Shown here piece after piece: positions 10,544 to 19,894 of a DNA stretch of 64,000 nucleotides. Below the pieces are notes generated by a model. It did not search any database and had not been told where the DNA came from. It was given only the letters and a program-made list of their open reading frames with translations. A program made the translations under genes and the position numbers. The DNA is from Escherichia phage BEU44. Position 1 is the stretch's first letter. Every line of letters begins with the position of its first letter. The DNA is taken from sequence record OM632670.1. The stretch is one strand, 5' to 3'.

Positions 10544-12410
10544 CTCCTTCTATAGTAACTGTATAAACAGTCACACCCATGTACACCTTCAGCTTGTTAG
10601 GGTCTTTGGTTGTTAAAGCAGATATACGGTCTTCGAGAGAAGCAAAGTCTAGCCCACAGAATATCCATCCAGGAGGAGCCTCAAAGCATTTTTTAATCAT
10701 CTTGGCATATCTGGAACCAGAAGGTAGGTTCTGTAGGTTTGGTTCACTACTGGATAGGCGGCCTGATACAGTCCCACCTAAGTTCAGATTACCAAAGAGA
10801 TAATGCCAACCATCTGGTCCTTGTCTGGCATTTTTTAATGCTGGAATAAATGCTGTCAGAATTTTATCTACAGCTTTGTAATCAATCAGAGCATCAAGAA
10901 TTTCCAGAATACTGGTATCTTGGGTATGGTTCTTCAAAGACTTGAGTATGCCACTGCCAGTAGCAGGTAGTTTACTTGCAGTCAAACCAAGTACAGGTAA
11001 CTCCAGAAACTCAAAAAGTAGCTTCTGTAATTGAATACCTGAGTTTGGGTTAAACTGTTCTTTAGCATCAGCTAAAGTCACTCGTTTCTTCTTCAGAATC
11101 TGGTTCTGTTTTTCTACCCATTCTTCATTAAGAAGACGGGTGAAATCTTTGATTACTTTACTGTCAGCAATTGTTTTTAACGCATTGTTATAGTCTTGGG
11201 TTAATGCCTCTTCTACCTCCAATACTGTCTTCATATTGATAGGCATACCAGTTAACTGCATTTGAATAATATCTTCACATGCAGGTTTGAAGATGTTTGT
11301 ATAAACATCTAACTGTTGGTCATTAACCAGAGTATCCCAATGCTTTTCATAGACATACCAGGTACATAATCCATCCACTAAGTTGTATTCCAACAACTCT
11401 GCTAATGGGATTCTGGTAATGTCATTGATTTCTTCTTGAGCATAGTTACCAGCATATTCCTGAGCCTGGTCTTTAAGACTTAGCTTATTACCCGCACAAG
11501 AGTTAGTAGCCAGATAGGTAATTAACTTAGTGCAATCCCAGTTTCTTAGCATGATACTCATGCCATGCAACAACCCTTCCGTATCCAGAAGGTCTGTCAT
11601 AAATAACTGGTAAATGAGTGCATATACGTCAAAGGCAATATTGTGATACATCTGCCTGTTCAGATACTTAATAAAAAAGTCTCTGAGCATAGAACGAACA
11701 AGCATGTTGTGAACTTGTCTACCATAAGGAGCTTCAGTAGCCCCCTCAATTGGTTCATAATCCACAGGGAATGCTATCCCTTCATGCTTGTTCCAGCAGA
11801 ATGTAATAGTGCCTATACCACAGTCATAATGCTTCAGACTGAAGGTTTCTATATCTACTGCTAATGGAACATTCATCTCCAGTAACTTATCTAACCACTT
11901 AGATATAGCTTCTGGAGTTAATGGATAATCAGCATAGTGGATAATCTTAGTTCCTGGCTCAACATAAGAACCAGAGACATAATCAATCAGAGCCTGCATG
12001 GATAAAGCAATCTTAGTCTTTACCTTATCCGGGTCATAAAAGATTTGTCTGTAATTGGGAACGTAAATAACTTTCTGGTTCCCATAAGCACAATCCATTA
12101 CATAGCCAATATTGGCATCAGCTTTACCTTGTTTGGTTAGCTGTTTGTAATATTCAGAATCACCACAGATGATATACTGAGTTTGTGCTGCTTCGAATGC
12201 TGGCACTAATTCTTGGGTAATAAACTCCTGCATCTCTTTAGCAGGAGTTTTCTTTTTCCCTGGGGCTGTATGAAGTTCAAGAATCATTACTGAATCTTTA
12301 TCTACATCCCAGGGTTCCATGTATGCTTTGACAATATCATCCTTACGTAACGTTGTAGTAAGGATAGCAATAGGGTAGATACCCTCATTGTTGAATGTAA
12401 TGTGACGCAT
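10446..12410 (-). CDS. DNA polymerase family A, N-terminal fragment (3'-5' exonuclease plus palm motif A)
   Basis: Exo motifs VDIETF and NIAFDVY; motif A LDFASLEDR; ends TGA at 10446-10448; start ATG 12408-12410 chosen for GAGG SD, longest ORF reaches 12497. Confidence 0.7.
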   Translation of the reverse strand: MRHITFNNEGIYPIAILTTTLRKDDIVKAYMEPWDVDKDSVMILELHTAPGKKKTPAKEMQEFITQELVPAFEAAQTQYIICGDSEYYKQLTKQGKADANIGYVMDCAYGNQKVIYVPNYRQIFYDPDKVKTKIALSMQALIDYVSGSYVEPGTKIIHYADYPLTPEAISKWLDKLLEMNVPLAVDIETFSLKHYDCGIGTITFCWNKHEGIAFPVDYEPIEGATEAPYGRQVHNMLVRSMLRDFFIKYLNRQMYHNIAFDVYALIYQLFMTDLLDTEGLLHGMSIMLRNWDCTKLITYLATNSCAGNKLSLKDQAQEYAGNYAQEEINDITRIPLAELLEYNLVDGLCTWYVYEKHWDTLVNDQQLDVYTNIFKPACEDIIQMQLTGMPINMKTVLEVEEALTQDYNNALKTIADSKVIKDFTRLLNEEWVEKQNQILKKKRVTLADAKEQFNPNSGIQLQKLLFEFLELPVLGLTASKLPATGSGILKSLKNHTQDTSILEILDALIDYKAVDKILTAFIPALKNARQGPDGWHYLFGNLNLGGTVSGRLSSSEPNLQNLPSGSRYAKMIKKCFEAPPGWIFCGLDFASLEDRISALTTKDPNKLKVYMGVTVYTVTIEGVDHHIRDDDTIVYDGKTYTGEEFYDAFTRGLL

Positions 12411-12417
12411 ACAGACC

Positions 12418-12945
12418 TCAAAAGATAAGATGGGTTCCCGCATAGTATTCGATAATCGGCAAGATTTTCTCATACTGACGGAGAGCCATAGCATCATTAT
12501 CCAGAGTAAATGCTGCCTTTCTGGTTCTCTGTAAGGATTTCAGATGACCCTGTTTATCCATAGCAATGAGGCATTCTGGCAATGCATCACGAACGTCTTG
12601 ATAAGTCTTACAGCCCTGAACCAGACGAAAGACCATCTGATTCACCATATGGACTTCTAGCAGAAGTTTACCTGCTTGTTCCAGATACTCCCGCATATCA
12701 TCCAGTAGGTGATTAGCCAGAGCCAGACGATGACCAGAAGGGGGTTGTTGTGATGAACGGGAACTCGAATAGAACTCCCCTAAATACAGAAACCCTGTTG
12801 AGTTGTATACAGCGAATGTTTCCCCATTACGTGTAATGATACTATCCAGCACTTTATCTAGCCGACGTAACTCGGCTAAGAATAATTCCTGAACTAGTTC
12901 ACTACTATTAGTCATTTCACGGATTTGTTTTTCACCCAGTTGCAT
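12418..12945 (-). CDS. hypothetical protein (175 aa)
   Basis: ATG at 12943-12945 just after helicase stop. Confidence 0.4.
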   Translation of the reverse strand: MQLGEKQIREMTNSSELVQELFLAELRRLDKVLDSIITRNGETFAVYNSTGFLYLGEFYSSSRSSQQPPSGHRLALANHLLDDMREYLEQAGKLLLEVHMVNQMVFRLVQGCKTYQDVRDALPECLIAMDKQGHLKSLQRTRKAAFTLDNDAMALRQYEKILPIIEYYAGTHLIF

Positions 12946-12954
12946 AAGTTCTCC

Positions 12955-14274
12955 TTAGCGAACCAGACCACCAAATTTCTCTGCCAAAGAGCCATAGAAC
13001 ACAACACGATGACGAGCACGAGATACTGCTACATAAAGCAGACGTGCTACTACATCAGGCTGACGGCAAGTAGATAAATCAGTAGCATCAATAAAGATGG
13101 TGTCGTAGGTAGAACCTTGAGACTTATGCACAGTAGAAGCATGTAATGCTCGAAGTTCAGGGAATGTTTCTTTCAAATAGAAGTGACGTTCCCAGTTCTT
13201 TTGGTGTGCATAGTACTTTTGCAAACGAATGAAATAATCCATATCTACCGGAATAGGGATACCTTCAAAGACACCACCATAACCAGTATCCAGGGTGCAA
13301 TCACGTACTTCTAATTCGATGCCAGAGGAATCAATCAGAATCTTACGAGTAGCAGAATCCTGGTCAACAATCTGGCATTCCTGTTCAATACTAAGGCGAT
13401 CACCAGCACCAATCTGAATAGCAGAGTTACTTACTAACTCTTCACCAATACAGAACTCCCCGTGGAATCCATTCATAGCTCGAATGAAGGTGTTATAGTT
13501 AACAACCTGTTGGTTGGTATAGGCAACAATACGAGTGTCAGTCTTAGTCATGAAATGACCTTCGACTTCTTTTCTCATTTCATCACCATCTTCAATCCAG
13601 TCGATAATACCTGGAACTGCTTTAATAGGCAGGAATCCATGCTTACCTTCAATGGTTCCACGAAGCTGTTCATGCAGTGCATGGAGTTCAGGGACATCAG
13701 TACGCATCTGCTGGGTCAGCATAAACTCTTTAATGCTACTGTCATTGTAGACAGGAGAAGAAGTTTCCTTTACAGGTAACAATTGGCATTTATCACCTAA
13801 GTAAACAATCTTACTTTGGTGAGTACCTTCGTTAATGAACTTCTTCAGTTTACGGTCAATCATTGATGCTTCATCAATAAAAATGACCTTATTCTTTTTG
13901 ATACTGAAGGACTTAGATGGAATCAGGTCTGCTTCCCCAGTCTTCAGGTTATTCCGTACTGTCAGACCTTGAAAGGAATGATAGGTAGACGTAGGACGTC
14001 CTGTTGCACGGGCTAATACTTCTGCTGCCTTATTAGTAGTAGCAGTCATAATAACTTCGTTATAGAGAGCAGGGATTCCCATCAGACTACATGTCTCATG
14101 ATAACGAGGCATAATCTCGTCAATCATATGAGCCATTGTAAATGTCTTGCCTGTACCACCAGGTCCACTAATACGAAGTTCAGAAGCATTGGGGTCGAGC
14201 AGAAAGTCGAAGAAACCTTCTGCCGCTGCCTCTTGACCAGGATTTAGTGGCAGCTTAGTAGTACTTTTATACAT
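12955..14274 (-). CDS. SF1 DNA helicase (Dda/RecD-like)
   Basis: 439 aa; Walker A GPGGTGKT; C-terminal VHKSQGSTYDTIFID typical of SF1 helicases; ATG at 14272-14274. Confidence 0.65.
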   Translation of the reverse strand: MYKSTTKLPLNPGQEAAAEGFFDFLLDPNASELRISGPGGTGKTFTMAHMIDEIMPRYHETCSLMGIPALYNEVIMTATTNKAAEVLARATGRPTSTYHSFQGLTVRNNLKTGEADLIPSKSFSIKKNKVIFIDEASMIDRKLKKFINEGTHQSKIVYLGDKCQLLPVKETSSPVYNDSSIKEFMLTQQMRTDVPELHALHEQLRGTIEGKHGFLPIKAVPGIIDWIEDGDEMRKEVEGHFMTKTDTRIVAYTNQQVVNYNTFIRAMNGFHGEFCIGEELVSNSAIQIGAGDRLSIEQECQIVDQDSATRKILIDSSGIELEVRDCTLDTGYGGVFEGIPIPVDMDYFIRLQKYYAHQKNWERHFYLKETFPELRALHASTVHKSQGSTYDTIFIDATDLSTCRQPDVVARLLYVAVSRARHRVVFYGSLAEKFGGLVR

Positions 14275-14289
14275 GAGTTCTCCAGATAC

Positions 14290-14311
14290 AAAAACCGCCC
14301 TATATGGGCGG
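14290..14311 (-). terminator. intrinsic terminator
   Basis: Inverted repeat ccgccc/gggcgg (14295-14300, 14306-14311), loop tatat, then A-run 14290-14294 on plus = U-run on minus transcript; directly after stop of ORF 14317..14778. Confidence 0.55.
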
Positions 14312-14316
14312 CTCTT

Positions 14317-14778
14317 TTAAATGAATGGGGTTAAATCAGGCGGAGTGTAATCCTTACCTTTCATTACTTTCTTATTCTCATTGAAAACAGGCTCACCATC
14401 TTCAAATTTTGAATAATTAGAACGGTTCACTTCAGTGAGTGCTCCAGGTACGTTCATACCCAAGAAAGTACCGATGCCAGTTGCTGTAACAATCTGGTCT
14501 GCCAGTGCATCCAGAATAGCTAAGCGATTGCTGTTAGGTGCATAAACTTCTTTATCAGAGGATTTCATTAATTCTGACAATTCAGTTAAAGCTACAATGG
14601 CATTATGAAGTGTATCGTATGCTTCTTCAGAATTTGGAGCCAATTCTTCCAGCATCTCAACTACTTCTTCCAGATGACAACCAATCTGAGTACTAATGTT
14701 TTTACTCGTTGGACTGGGTACTGCCTTCAGAAACCAGTTCTGAGTTTGTACCAACGTATCTTTTGAGGAATCGTTCAT
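14317..14778 (-). CDS. hypothetical protein (153 aa)
   Basis: ORF; overlaps upstream ORF by 77 nt so the real start may be internal. Confidence 0.35.
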   Translation of the reverse strand: MNDSSKDTLVQTQNWFLKAVPSPTSKNISTQIGCHLEEVVEMLEELAPNSEEAYDTLHNAIVALTELSELMKSSDKEVYAPNSNRLAILDALADQIVTATGIGTFLGMNVPGALTEVNRSNYSKFEDGEPVFNENKKVMKGKDYTPPDLTPFI

Positions 14779-15097
14779 GAGCAGTTTCCTTATGATTATG
14801 ACGATTATTGTAGGCTTCTAGTAATAAGTCTCGGACGTATTGTCGAATCTCATACTTTGGTCCTACTTGTTCTGATAACCAATCAGCTACGTGAGTAGGT
14901 AATGGTGCTAGTACGTTCTCCATAAATGTTCGACGTGTGTCGGCTGGTTCAATACCAAGAGAGCGTAATCGTAAGGTAACTGTAGTGGGGTGAACACCCA
15001 GTGTTTTAGCAATGGTTCCCAATGATAAACCGACTGCATTCATACGAATAATATCGTCATCATGGGCTTTACGGTTAGCACGATAAACTTTGGCCAT
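14702..15097 (-). CDS. putative helix-turn-helix DNA-binding protein
   Basis: HTH-like LGTIAKTLGVHPTTV; longest ORF starts TTG at 15115, first ATG 15095-15097 with AAGAGGA SD. Confidence 0.4.
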   Translation of the reverse strand: MAKVYRANRKAHDDDIIRMNAVGLSLGTIAKTLGVHPTTVTLRLRSLGIEPADTRRTFMENVLAPLPTHVADWLSEQVGPKYEIRQYVRDLLLEAYNNRHNHKETAHERFLKRYVGTNSELVSEGSTQSNE

Positions 15098-15164
15098 AGT
15101 ATGTATCCTCTTCAAAGATAGCTCCAGTATATTTCAACCGGAGCTACTTGAATAGTTAACCTAC

Positions 15165-17255
15165 TTACTTCAAATGATGCTTCAGTTTATCAATTTGGCT
15201 GCATTCTTCAGGAGTCAGACCCAGTGCAGCATAAGATTTCTTAGCAGCACGTTTCACATCGTGAATGGCATGAGCTTTACAGTAATCAGACATACCTTTG
15301 TCATTCAGATAGCTACGAATAACATCAGCATTCCGACTACGAGTGATTGTAGTTTTCTTAGGTGCAACAGTTTTATCCTGTTTGACTACTTTTTCTGGCT
15401 TAGGTTTATTAGCACGAGCATCAATCAGTTTCTGAACCATGTCACCACTGAAGCCTAAAGAAGCCCATGACTTCTTACATTTGCCCTTAGCAGCAATGAT
15501 TTCATCAGCCAGTGTAATAGCTTCATTAGAAGTCTCTGCTTTCAGGAACTGGTTCCAAAGGTCTTTAAGAATTTCCATCTTAGTCTTCTTAATAGGTTTA
15601 ACATCCGTTGCCTTCACTGGTTCAGCTTTAGGATTAGTTGCCGTAAAGCTCTCTTCCATATTCAAGGCAGTTTTCTTAATTACTGGTTCATCTGGAATAA
15701 CGATGTCTTCCTCATCATCCAGATAATTACGGGTGAGTTCTGAATAAGTCAGATTGGTTCCATAATGACCACCAACCAGTACCTGACGGGAAGGTTCAGG
15801 GTGATTACCACTGAGAACCATGTTCAGGATTTCCGTACCACCCTCAATGGTGGAGATTGGATTGCCATTATTAACATGGTCACGAATAGCATCAGGTAGC
15901 TTGGTAATGATGTGATAAGCAGATACACGCATCTTAGTAACATCGTATTCTGGTACTGCAAATACATCCTCTGGAGCAACTTTACCAATAATGGTTACGT
16001 TGCCTGAGAAATTACGAATGTATTGCAGAGAAGCTACGTGCAAACCATGAGAACAGTCTTTACGACGGTTCTGGTCTACAAGGTTTTCTTTAACCATTAC
16101 ACGCATACCAACGCATTGCTCAATCTTCCTAGAATGGCAATCAACAAATACATCATCCATTACGTCTTTGAGATGTTCAGGATTGTCTTTGCTTTCCAGA
16201 CGTTTGAAGATAACAATGGAGCCATCATCTGCAATTGGCAGGTCACCTTTTTCCATAAACTTCATCAGGTCTTCAACAGAGTGACGACGTTTATCAATTA
16301 CAGTAGACAGACGTTCAAGGAACTTAGTAAAGCCTTTATAGTCTTTCAGGTTTGCAGATTGACGGATGTGGCGGTGTAGGTTCTGAACATCAGGAACCAC
16401 CTTATCATTCACTACAGCTACAATAGTCTCTTCATTCTCATTCAAGTCAGTATGAAACTCATAAGCATCAGTAGCGACAGCACCCATAGCTTTCAGCTTA
16501 GTTGATGCAGCTTCCAGCTTTTCCTTATTGGTTGGCTTTGTGGCCTTTACAGCAACCTTAGCAGGAATACCGTCTTCCAGTTTGTTATAGACAGAGATAA
16601 CACCCTGAGTGTTATTCAGACGTCTTACAAACTCTTTAGCCTGCGTCTCTGTGAGCCAATCAAATACTTTGAATGGGGTTGGTTGAGCCAGCAGGTTATT
16701 GACATATTCACTGGTTCTTCCTGAGATTTCACGGATAACATGAATAACCTCAATACGATGATTCCGTGGGTCTACATCTGTAATCCATACAGCATAGTTA
16801 CCGTAAAAACGCTCATGAGTAACTGTCATTTCTGGTTCAGGTGCTTTTAATGATGCATGTTGTACAGCAAGAGTTTTGCCTACAGCATTAGCAATAAAAG
16901 CATTGAAAGCAGTGGGTTTAGCACCTAACTCTACAGGTGATACATAAGGGACTTGTTCTTCCTCTTCCCCTAAGAAGAACTCTTGTAGCCTCTTCTTAGT
17001 AATACGGAAGAATTTAACAAAGCCACCTGTATCACGTTCAGCGTCCAGAAACTCCTGACGAATCTGAGCTTCGATAGTGACATCCACTTCGATAATCTTA
17101 CCTGGGGTAAGATTCTTTTCTTTTGCTTCAGCAACAATACGTGGTACACGGGCATCCCCTTGGGGGATGACCATAGTAGAACCATCTGGTTGCCATAAGG
17201 TGAGGTTACGACTGTCTACTGACAGGGCAATAATGGCGAGATAATTTCGTTTCAC
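15165..17255 (-). CDS. hypothetical protein (696 aa)
   Basis: Long uninterrupted ORF, GTG start at 17253-17255; no motif recognised. Confidence 0.45.
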   Translation of the reverse strand: MKRNYLAIIALSVDSRNLTLWQPDGSTMVIPQGDARVPRIVAEAKEKNLTPGKIIEVDVTIEAQIRQEFLDAERDTGGFVKFFRITKKRLQEFFLGEEEEQVPYVSPVELGAKPTAFNAFIANAVGKTLAVQHASLKAPEPEMTVTHERFYGNYAVWITDVDPRNHRIEVIHVIREISGRTSEYVNNLLAQPTPFKVFDWLTETQAKEFVRRLNNTQGVISVYNKLEDGIPAKVAVKATKPTNKEKLEAASTKLKAMGAVATDAYEFHTDLNENEETIVAVVNDKVVPDVQNLHRHIRQSANLKDYKGFTKFLERLSTVIDKRRHSVEDLMKFMEKGDLPIADDGSIVIFKRLESKDNPEHLKDVMDDVFVDCHSRKIEQCVGMRVMVKENLVDQNRRKDCSHGLHVASLQYIRNFSGNVTIIGKVAPEDVFAVPEYDVTKMRVSAYHIITKLPDAIRDHVNNGNPISTIEGGTEILNMVLSGNHPEPSRQVLVGGHYGTNLTYSELTRNYLDDEEDIVIPDEPVIKKTALNMEESFTATNPKAEPVKATDVKPIKKTKMEILKDLWNQFLKAETSNEAITLADEIIAAKGKCKKSWASLGFSGDMVQKLIDARANKPKPEKVVKQDKTVAPKKTTITRSRNADVIRSYLNDKGMSDYCKAHAIHDVKRAAKKSYAALGLTPEECSQIDKLKHHLK

Positions 17256-17279
17256 GAATTTTCTCCAGTAAATTATTAA

Positions 17280-17666
17280 TTAACTACTACGCTTTTCAGC
17301 CATTGCTTGTAATACAAACACAGCCATATCAGAGGCCATGTCATCGGTTATTGCTTCTGCATTGCCATCAATGAACATCTGGTCTTCAGACCATTCATCC
17401 AGCATACGTTGTACTTCTGCCAGACCTGCCTGAACCATTGTTTTATTAGGAGATAGCCATAGTTGGCGTTCTTTAGATAGCTCTGCAATACAGATACAAA
17501 GAGAAGCAATATTTGCAGGACAAACTGCAATATCTTCTACTTTGGAATATTCAGACAGCTTATGGGATTCGCCTGTTTTGGCATGGATGATATTTGGGTC
17601 AATCATGAATTTCTTCCAGGTTATGAGTAGGAACAGTGAAGAATGGGTAGCTACCATCTTCCTCAA
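17280..17666 (-). CDS. hypothetical protein (128 aa)
   Basis: ORF; 68-nt overlap with upstream ORF. Confidence 0.3.
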   Translation of the reverse strand: MRKMVATHSSLFLLITWKKFMIDPNIIHAKTGESHKLSEYSKVEDIAVCPANIASLCICIAELSKERQLWLSPNKTMVQAGLAEVQRMLDEWSEDQMFIDGNAEAITDDMASDMAVFVLQAMAEKRSS

Positions 17667-17832
17667 GAGTTACTGAGGTATGTGGGACACCAGTAGCACG
17701 AGTGTCATCATGAGCAACGCCGTAATCATACTGAAGGCATTCATAAACAATGTCTCCTTTCTCATGTGACTGACCAGCAGCACTACCCATTACAGGCTTA
17801 CCCTTAATACGAAATTTACGTGGTTTAGCCAT
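17599..17832 (-). CDS. hypothetical small protein
   Basis: ATG at 17830-17832 preceded by AGGAGG; longest ORF extends to 17850. Confidence 0.3.
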   Translation of the reverse strand: MAKPRKFRIKGKPVMGSAAGQSHEKGDIVYECLQYDYGVAHDDTRATGVPHTSVTLEEDGSYPFFTVPTHNLEEIHD

Positions 17833-17856
17833 ATGGCCTCCTATGTACATGGAATC

Positions 17857-17884
17857 AAAAAAATTGCCTCCATGTAGGAGGCAA
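17857..17884 (-). terminator. intrinsic terminator
   Basis: 8-bp stem ttgcctcc/ggaggcaa (17864-17871, 17877-17884) preceded on plus by a 7-A run (17857-17863) = U-run on minus transcript; downstream of thyX. Confidence 0.6.
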
Positions 17885-17929
17885 ATAGCGGAGTTTATTA
17901 TGAGTGGTCTACACCCACAAAAGACCTAC

Positions 17930-18871
17930 TTAGTGGATGCATTCATCTGCAAGCAGCTTACGGAATTGAATCCAGCCACACAGATTACCTGAGTATAAAC
18001 GTAAATTTCTGTCCATGTGGCTAATGCCATTTTCCCATGTAGATGGGTCAGTAGGCTCATTTAAGCCTTTACTCATTACATGCTGAGGAGTTGCTTGATG
18101 TTCAGTAGGACTTGCGTGAACAGGCTTACTTTCAACCAATTTAGAGAACAAACGCAGGTCTTCTTCGATAGTAGAAGGAGTGCCTTTAAAGTTGTTATAA
18201 GAAGCACGGGCACAACGAGCAGCAGAGATTTTTACTAACAGGCAATTAATTTCATCACTACTTGGTTCATCACGAGTAATTCGTTGATGTTTGCAATAAT
18301 CGTAAGCATCGAGGTAATCACTATTAGTAATGTACGGCAAATGCCATTCCCCAGCCAACAAGGTACGGGGTTTTGATTGGTCATACTGTTCCTTCATCTT
18401 AGTAGCCAATTCACAAATCTCTGGTTGAGCATCGGGATGGATACGTAAACCAAAGAAGTTATTCCATTGAGTAGCTGTCACTACTACACGGATATGCGTG
18501 AATGGTTCCAGAATACGATTAACAATCTGCTTATGTACTTGTCCACGACGAAGTTGTTCAGCATACACAGCAGCAGCAGAGGCAGCATTTTCCCAAATGA
18601 ACTCAGCATCCTTAATCTCCATAGGAGTGAGTTCTTCACTTGCCTGCATTCCTTTCTGGTTCTTACCCCAATGTACTGGCATTACTGGTTCATTACGAAC
18701 TTGCTCAATAAGGCGTTGGGTAGGAATAGCACGACTACTGGAAGCATTACGATTAAGTGCTCGGTGAGTCATAAATTCTGAATGAATAAAACGCGGATAA
18801 ACCAGCTCCATTGTTACCAGACGGTCACCAGAAAGAGTAATACTATCAGCGAGGATTTTTGCATTAATCAT
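17930..18871 (-). CDS. thyX: flavin-dependent thymidylate synthase ThyX
   Basis: MTHRALNRNASSSR fits the ThyX RHR-x7-S signature; ATG at 18869-18871 two nt after upstream stop; longest ORF extends to 18928. Confidence 0.7.
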   Translation of the reverse strand: MINAKILADSITLSGDRLVTMELVYPRFIHSEFMTHRALNRNASSSRAIPTQRLIEQVRNEPVMPVHWGKNQKGMQASEELTPMEIKDAEFIWENAASAAAVYAEQLRRGQVHKQIVNRILEPFTHIRVVVTATQWNNFFGLRIHPDAQPEICELATKMKEQYDQSKPRTLLAGEWHLPYITNSDYLDAYDYCKHQRITRDEPSSDEINCLLVKISAARCARASYNNFKGTPSTIEEDLRLFSKLVESKPVHASPTEHQATPQHVMSKGLNEPTDPSTWENGISHMDRNLRLYSGNLCGWIQFRKLLADECIH

Positions 18872-19325
18872 AGAAAGCCTTGAATAGCTTGAGGTGGTTA
18901 AAGATGTCCTTACTGGAACCAAGAACAATCTTATGTGCTCCAGTGTAGGCTAGTTTAAATTCTGCTTTTGGTAGAGTAGACAGTAATTCCTGTCCTTCTC
19001 TAAGAGCAAGTACACAAGAAATGCCCTGCCACTTATCCATAGACATTTCAAAGTTGTCAGCAAGGTCTTTATACAACCAGTACAAAGCACCTAATGCTGT
19101 TTTACAGGTTTCTTGTTTACCTTCTTGTTTAGCTACTTGAGCCAGTGTCAGAGCAACTAAGATTTGCTCAACAACAAGACGTAAAGCAACAGCATCCTGT
19201 TTACCTTGAACCAGTGTACTAACGGCCTTAATAGCTTTCTGGTTCAAGGCTAAACCGTCTTCTGAGGTCTTTTGATACAGCTTTGGTGTTCGTTTTCTAG
19301 GTTTTAAAAATGGTATTCTTGTCAT
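18864..19325 (-). CDS. hypothetical protein
   Basis: ATG at 19323-19325 overlapping upstream stop (TGATG); longest ORF starts TTG at 19352. Confidence 0.35.
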   Translation of the reverse strand: MTRIPFLKPRKRTPKLYQKTSEDGLALNQKAIKAVSTLVQGKQDAVALRLVVEQILVALTLAQVAKQEGKQETCKTALGALYWLYKDLADNFEMSMDKWQGISCVLALREGQELLSTLPKAEFKLAYTGAHKIVLGSSKDIFNHLKLFKAFYD

Positions 19326-19567
19326 CAATATCTCCGGTTTCTGTGATACCAAGGAAACATATGTGGAGTTGATTTGCTTTTGAATATATCTTTCTTGTTC
19401 TTACTCTTCTGTCGTGCAGCCCAGTAATCCCAATTCTTATCGTTATACCAGTAGTTTACGATGATGGAGTTTACCTTCATCTGAAGTAAATCACTGGAAC
19501 TAAATAATGTATAGGGGTATATCTTCTCGGCTTCATCTATGTAAACGTGTATACCTAGTTTGCTCAT
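19325..19567 (-). CDS. hypothetical protein (80 aa)
   Basis: ATG at 19565-19567. Confidence 0.3.
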   Translation of the reverse strand: MSKLGIHVYIDEAEKIYPYTLFSSSDLLQMKVNSIIVNYWYNDKNWDYWAARQKSKNKKDIFKSKSTPHMFPWYHRNRRY

Positions 19568-19582
19568 ACATAGTCTCTAATT

Positions 19583-19605
19583 AAAAAAGCCCACATAAAG
19601 TGGGC
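19583..19605 (-). terminator. intrinsic terminator
   Basis: Stem gcccac/gtgggc (19589-19594, 19600-19605), loop ataaa, preceded on plus by 6-A run = U-run on minus transcript. Confidence 0.55.
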
Positions 19606-19680
19606 ATAGTTGGGACTAAGCAATGGAGAAAGGAATTTCCATAAATGGGGCTACTATATAGCCCCATTACTGTAAACACC

Positions 19681-19881
19681 TTACTCTGCGATGTCTTTAG
19701 CACCATCAAGTGCTTTAGCTACGTTACGACGGATAGAGTCATAACCTACCTGGGTATCAATGGAATCACCGTTAGTAAAAGTAATTACACCACGGCCTTC
19801 ACTGTTTTCAGTAACGTAAGCTACGTTACGAGCAACAACAGTAACTTTCTGACCATTAACCTTAGTAGTAAAGATAGACAT
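19681..19881 (-). CDS. hypothetical protein (66 aa)
   Basis: ORF followed by hairpin 19644-19668 and terminator. Confidence 0.3.
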   Translation of the reverse strand: MSIFTTKVNGQKVTVVARNVAYVTENSEGRGVITFTNGDSIDTQVGYDSIRRNVAKALDGAKDIAE

Positions 19882-19894
19882 GATATTTCCTTAA

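Noticed and set aside
16970-17530. Nested minus-strand ORFs 16970..17185 and 17348..17530
   Set aside because: Alternative frames wholly inside longer ORFs on the same strand; no independent start signals seen.
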